The notes beneath the pieces were generated by a model, which saw nothing but the letters and a program-made list of their open reading frames with translations, was not told the origin of the DNA and did not search any database. Source: an uncultured cyanobacterium (GTDB taxonomy: Bacteria; Cyanobacteriota; Cyanobacteriia; Phormidesmidales; Phormidesmidaceae). From it: a stretch of 64,000 bases of DNA. The stretch covers positions 1,162 through 65,161 of the forward strand of contig CAVYWR010000025.1 of assembly GCA_963772185.1 (NCBI GenBank), read 5' to 3'. Positions 59,509 to 64,000 of the stretch are shown piece by piece; position 1 is the first letter of the stretch, and each line of letters starts with the position of its first letter. Made by a program: the position numbers and the translations under genes.

Positions 59509-61491
59509 ATGAAAATTGCACGCTACATCATTGAACGATACTTCTCGGACGGTGCTTATCGAGTCAAGCGAAAGCTCGCTTCTGAATGGACGCATAGAGA
59601 AAGTCAGTTTCCAGGCTATTTCGTTAGAAGTACTGCGCCGGAGAACACAGACAGGATCGATGAAAAGCAAAGAGAGGAATACAAGCAGAAGGCTCAGCCT
59701 GAACAGGCTCGTCAGGCAATTCGTGCGATCGCCAATGACTTGTACCAAATTCAGATAGATCCCAACATAAAAGAACCCCCAGAACTTACTATTTTCGTAC
59801 ATGGTTACAACACTCATCTAGACGATGCTTGTAATCGCTGCGATAGCATGTATCGATATATTTCCGAAGAAGACAAGGTTATCTCTCAGAAGAAGAATTT
59901 AGTCTACGTTGGCTACCGCTGGTCTTCTGAGAAATTCTCGAAACAGATCGTTGCTAACACTAAAGCCTTACCAGGCTTCTTCCTATTCATACTAGGCATG
60001 TGCTTGACAGTTCTGACGAACTACATCTTGTGGCCAATCACTCATGCACTGTTCAAACTACTCTCAAGCTGGCTATGGTCCTTCGAATCCGTTTCCACGG
60101 AACCAGGTTGGATATTAACAATACTATCTCCTTTTCTTGTTAGAAGTGCCGCTGCTGCCATTTCTCTGCTGGCTTTCATTATTGTTGCGCTAGTGCTGCT
60201 GCGTCTGTCCGTATACTTTCGAGACGTCTATCGAGCCATCAACTTTGCCGTACCAGATTTGGTTGATTTGATACGTCAGGTAGAAAAAGAGGTGGTCAAT
60301 CTGTGGATAGAAGACATCAAGGAAGAGGCTATTTCGCAGTCTGAAGCGATTCAAAAAGCAAAGGAAAAGCGTCCAGAATTCTCTAAAAGAATCAAACTCA
60401 ATTTCATTGGCCATAGCATGGGCAGTTTGGTAATTACCAACGCGGTGCGCGTTCTATCCAACGTCTTCGACCAGCGATCAGTCGATCAGATGCCAGTCTC
60501 CGATATAGGCAATACGCTGAGTCTAGGCCGTCTAGTACTGGCCTCTCCAGATATTCCAGTTCTTTCTATCGTGTCGAATCGAGCTAACAATCTAGCGTCT
60601 TCTTTACGCAGATTTGAAGAAGCCTATCTCTTTAGTAACGAGGGCGATCTGGTACTACGGTTTGCTTCAATGATCGCAAACTACATCTTTTTTCCCAGTG
60701 CAGAACAGATGCATGGGCATAGGTTAGGCAGTTTGGCTCTGACTAACCCTGATATCAAACATGTTACTGATAGAGGCATCGTCAATCTAGAAACATTGAA
60801 GGCTTGCTACGAACCAAATCTACATCTAGGTAAAGCGATTGTTGCTGACAAGACCGACGTTCTCAAGTGCTTGTTCGTCACTCGTAGTGCGCCAACGCTA
60901 CCCTATATTATCAAAAGTTTCTTTATACGAGACTGTATGCCAAAGCGACCTCATACCAGTCTTTCTGACCTATTTGATAGAGACGATGGAGCAGTCACCC
61001 TAGCTAACTTATTTACTTTTTTTGATTGCACAGACTACAAGGACATCCGTTTGAGCGCTCAGCAGCAGGGCGTTCATACAAAGTCTAGTCAACCCGTCGG
61101 TCTACTAACTTGTGCGCATCGCCGCTATACGCTCGGCTTTTGGGACTATGCTGAATTGCTTTTGCACATGCGTACCCAAAGCAAAAATCCCAATCGTTGC
61201 AATGTTCATGGTGGCTATTTTGACGGAAAGTACAGCCGTGAGCTGATGTATCGAATTGCTTTTCTGGGGTTTGAAGGTGTGCTAGAGGCAATCAAGCAAG
61301 AGGCAAAAACGTCTGTGAGCAGTACGGTGGATGCGCTTGATCAACTAGACGAAGTCTTGAAAGATAAAGGTATCGAGGTGTATCTATCTCCCTTACGCTA
61401 CCAGGTAGATGTGCTAGGTGATGATTTGGCGATCGCAAAAAAGCAAATGTTAGAAGAAGTCAAGGCTGACGCACTACTCGCTAGCGTTTAG
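59509..61491 (+). CDS. Alpha/beta hydrolase (DUF900-like) with inserted transmembrane segments
   Basis: IFVHGYN, VGYRWSS, FIGHSMG nucleophile elbow, LVLASPDI and HGGYF; two hydrophobic stretches at about aa 150-235. Confidence 0.8.
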   Translation: MKIARYIIERYFSDGAYRVKRKLASEWTHRESQFPGYFVRSTAPENTDRIDEKQREEYKQKAQPEQARQAIRAIANDLYQIQIDPNIKEPPELTIFVHGYNTHLDDACNRCDSMYRYISEEDKVISQKKNLVYVGYRWSSEKFSKQIVANTKALPGFFLFILGMCLTVLTNYILWPITHALFKLLSSWLWSFESVSTEPGWILTILSPFLVRSAAAAISLLAFIIVALVLLRLSVYFRDVYRAINFAVPDLVDLIRQVEKEVVNLWIEDIKEEAISQSEAIQKAKEKRPEFSKRIKLNFIGHSMGSLVITNAVRVLSNVFDQRSVDQMPVSDIGNTLSLGRLVLASPDIPVLSIVSNRANNLASSLRRFEEAYLFSNEGDLVLRFASMIANYIFFPSAEQMHGHRLGSLALTNPDIKHVTDRGIVNLETLKACYEPNLHLGKAIVADKTDVLKCLFVTRSAPTLPYIIKSFFIRDCMPKRPHTSLSDLFDRDDGAVTLANLFTFFDCTDYKDIRLSAQQQGVHTKSSQPVGLLTCAHRRYTLGFWDYAELLLHMRTQSKNPNRCNVHGGYFDGKYSRELMYRIAFLGFEGVLEAIKQEAKTSVSSTVDALDQLDEVLKDKGIEVYLSPLRYQVDVLGDDLAIAKKQMLEEVKADALLASV

Positions 61492-61500
61492 ATCTAAAGA

Positions 61501-62325
61501 TCATGCCCGCAGAACTAGCTGCTCTAGCAGATCGGATACCTGCTCGGCTCGGTTCATCACCATCAGATGGCCGCTATTTTCTACGCTGTAGTTGGGGGTG
61601 ACAAAGCGATACGGGAAGATGCGATCGCCTTCCCCGTGGATATGCACCAGATTCTCTAGAACCTCTTTGTTTCTCCATGACACCACCTTATGCAATGCCC
61701 ACCTAAGAAACTGCGGATCGGTTTCTACCAGAATTGTCTTTAGCAATTGCTTTTGCTCGCTACCTTCTGGAGCGAACAGCCAATAGGCCAGCCAGTAGAA
61801 CGCCCACAGCAGAGTTTTGAACGGGAAGATCCGATGAATCGGAAACACTCGAAACAGCTTGAAGTAGAAAGGAACCTCCGAGCTATCTTTAACGCTAGAG
61901 AGCAAAATCACCTGCTCCGTTTCGATCTGCTTAGCAATTTCGACCGCAACAATCCCGCCGAACGAAAGCCCAACTACTATTGGACAGTCATCTTGTATCT
62001 GTCCAGATAGTCTTTTAGCGTAGCTCTCAATCGGCTCATTTGGTTCTGGCGACACCCACTGAACATGCATAGGCCGATAGCCCTCACAGCGTAGCCACCG
62101 AAAAACTCGCTCGTCTGCACCTAGACCACTGACAAAGTAGATCGGCTTTAGCTTAGCAGCTTGTTCTTCCGCCGAAGTTGGCGGTGGTGAGTCGGTATCT
62201 TCTGTTGAACGAACCTCTGATATGAGCTCTGAAGTCGATTCTGAAGTCGATTCTAACGCCGACTTCTCTTCATCCGGCTTTAATTCGAGTGATTCTGATT
62301 CAAGTGGTCCTGCGGAGCTGCTCAT
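61501..62325 (-). CDS. Alpha/beta hydrolase
   Basis: FVSGLGADERVF, GLSFGG, HIHGEGDRIFP and SGHLM. Confidence 0.88.
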   Translation of the reverse strand: MSSSAGPLESESLELKPDEEKSALESTSESTSELISEVRSTEDTDSPPPTSAEEQAAKLKPIYFVSGLGADERVFRWLRCEGYRPMHVQWVSPEPNEPIESYAKRLSGQIQDDCPIVVGLSFGGIVAVEIAKQIETEQVILLSSVKDSSEVPFYFKLFRVFPIHRIFPFKTLLWAFYWLAYWLFAPEGSEQKQLLKTILVETDPQFLRWALHKVVSWRNKEVLENLVHIHGEGDRIFPYRFVTPNYSVENSGHLMVMNRAEQVSDLLEQLVLRA

Positions 62326-62477
62326 CAGTCTTTACCTAAAGGCGTTTGGTCAAAAGGCATAGCGTTGATTCTACCTCCATGTGTAAAAAGGGGATCATCT
62401 GTAGGTGGAGATAGCCGCTTTGGCGCTGTATGAATCTGTTTGTACAATAGGCATTAATTGCCAAGACGAGGAGGAAA

Positions 62478-63359
62478 ATGAACGTAGAAATCGTCTTTTC
62501 TTTGAACAAGAAGATTTGGCTGTCGCTAGTCGTTGCGATGAACTCGATCGCGAGTAACGCAGCCAATGCAAACGCTATTCGATTTAACATTTTGGTACCG
62601 CCTAGTGAAGAACAGTTTTTTGAAGAGAAGATCACATCTGCGCTACCTTCTCTATCGTCGCGGTGGAGAGTGAAGTCATATCTACCGCCCGCTTCTTTGC
62701 GAGAGTATCTAGACAATCGGTTCAAAGAAAAGACAGAAGATAGAAGAAATAGCCGCTATATTCAGTACTCTCGATTCTATTTTAAGGACGCTTTTAACGA
62801 TCTTGAAAGCATTATCTATCTGGATACAGATCTCATTGTTTTAGGAGACATCGCCGAGCTGTATGCCTACACTCAGGCTTTGAATGAGCAGCGCTACTTC
62901 GGCTCTGTTCCTCATTTCTATCCTTGTATCTTTTATTTCAGCAATCTGTTCAAGATGCGACAAGAGATTCCAAAGTTCAAACAGACATTTAATGCAGGCG
63001 TTTGGTTTACTAATCTTTCCTATTGGAATGATGAAACCTACAGGCGTCTGAACTACTATCTAGAACTAGACGCCGAGAGCAACTATAAGCTCTACACCCT
63101 AGGGGATGAACCCGTTTTCAATTTGTTGTTCAAGGACTACCTACAGGCTGACAAGAACTGGAATCGCTGCGGGTATGGCACTCAGCCATTGATTACGAAC
63201 TTGTTTTTAGCGGCAGGGGAAGATTTCCTGTCTGAGGCGAAGCTTATCCACTGGAGTGGCCCTTTCAAGCCCTGGTCTTCACCTAAGATTCGGTTTGCAG
63301 ATATCTGGCGAACGTATCTACCGCCTTCATTAGCAGCAGATTACGAAAGCTACGCGTAA
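62478..63359 (+). CDS. Glycosyltransferase family 8 protein
   Basis: YSRF, IIYLDTDLIV (DxD), FNAGV, GDEPVFN and IHWSGPFKPW. Confidence 0.92.
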   Translation: MNVEIVFSLNKKIWLSLVVAMNSIASNAANANAIRFNILVPPSEEQFFEEKITSALPSLSSRWRVKSYLPPASLREYLDNRFKEKTEDRRNSRYIQYSRFYFKDAFNDLESIIYLDTDLIVLGDIAELYAYTQALNEQRYFGSVPHFYPCIFYFSNLFKMRQEIPKFKQTFNAGVWFTNLSYWNDETYRRLNYYLELDAESNYKLYTLGDEPVFNLLFKDYLQADKNWNRCGYGTQPLITNLFLAAGEDFLSEAKLIHWSGPFKPWSSPKIRFADIWRTYLPPSLAADYESYA

Positions 63360-63443
63360 GCGCAGCAGGGCACGGGAGGCTATAGTTCTACAGTCAAAGT
63401 AAACTGTAGGTATCAAATTTCGGATGTCGGAGCTGATAGAGCT

Positions 63444-64000
63444 ATGACGGTTGCCCTTAAAAAAATAGCTTTTGAAGAGTACCTTACTTATTCTGATGGG
63501 ACCGATACTCGCTATGAACTGGTAGAAGGAGAGCTCATTCCTATGAGTCTAGGAACGGGCAGGCATGGCGCGATCGCCGAGTTTCTCAATGACGAGTTTC
63601 GTGACCATATCCGTTCCATACAAAAGCCCTGGACTGCTAAACAGATGCTGGTAGGCGTTCGTTCTCCTAGAGGTACGCGTTGGGACACGAGCAGAATTCC
63701 GGACGTGACTGTTTTGAGCATAGAACAATGGGAATCGCTAAGCGATCGCGAGTCCATCATTAACCTGAACGAACCGCCGCCTATTTTAGTCGTAGAAGTG
63801 GTCAGTCCATCTACAAAGGCAGACGACTATCGCTCTAAGCCCTCTGAGTACGCGCTGTTAGAGATTCCTGAGTACTGGATTGTCGATCCCTTGGAACTGA
63901 AGGTCACTGTTTGCAAGCTTGATTATCGAGTTTATGAGTGCAGTGAATTTGAAGGCGATAGTCTGGTGCTGTCTTCAATTTTTCCCGATCTTAAACTGAC
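63444..64000 (+). CDS. Uma2 family endonuclease (runs off window end)
   Basis: Manual translation MTVALKKIAFEEYLTYSDGTDTRYELVEGELIPM...SRIPDVTV...PPILVVEVVSPST...EYALLEIPEYWIVDP. Confidence 0.93.
   Translation, partial: MTVALKKIAFEEYLTYSDGTDTRYELVEGELIPMSLGTGRHGAIAEFLNDEFRDHIRSIQKPWTAKQMLVGVRSPRGTRWDTSRIPDVTVLSIEQWESLSDRESIINLNEPPPILVVEVVSPSTKADDYRSKPSEYALLEIPEYWIVDPLELKVTVCKLDYRVYECSEFEGDSLVLSSIFPDLKL

Overview
A 64 kb chromosomal window from a phycoerythrin-containing cyanobacterium. Evidence: dense HIP1 GCGATCGC octamers plus cpeBA, ccmP, petM, ycf39, pipXY and cphBA. The CTAG/CTA-rich style suggests a Synechococcus PCC 7335/Phormidesmis-like lineage (inference). Most of the window is core genome: uvrA (partial), codA, cphBA, ltaE, argC, sbcD, cpeBA-cpeZ, surE, pheS, msrP, pdxA, petM, ycf39, an SLH porin, Rrf2-cysK, der, pipX-pipY-sepF-proC, plsY, mlaE and an M16 peptidase pair. 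An accessory-looking stretch lies at about 13.5-28 kb. I saw no rRNA, tRNA, CRISPR array or intact IS. The main non-obvious signals are: (1) a shared GCATCC-N16-CGTA ECF-type promoter motif upstream of a secreted CHRD protein, a secreted ferritin-like pair and (one mismatch) a 71-aa orphan ORF; (2) an unannotated ~285-nt rod-folding RNA carrying a perfect Shine-Dalgarno and a 25-codon ORF between ycf39 and the porin; (3) a family of TATAGC-footed hairpins with an invariant CGGATGCATTCG core and co-varying stems, found inside two kinds of MITE, one of which interrupts a decayed histidine kinase with a TA duplication; (4) several single-base frameshifts (cphA, an M16 C-terminus, possibly the gamma-CA 5' end) that may be assembly errors. 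All calls are from reading the sequence by eye; no searches or folding programs were run.
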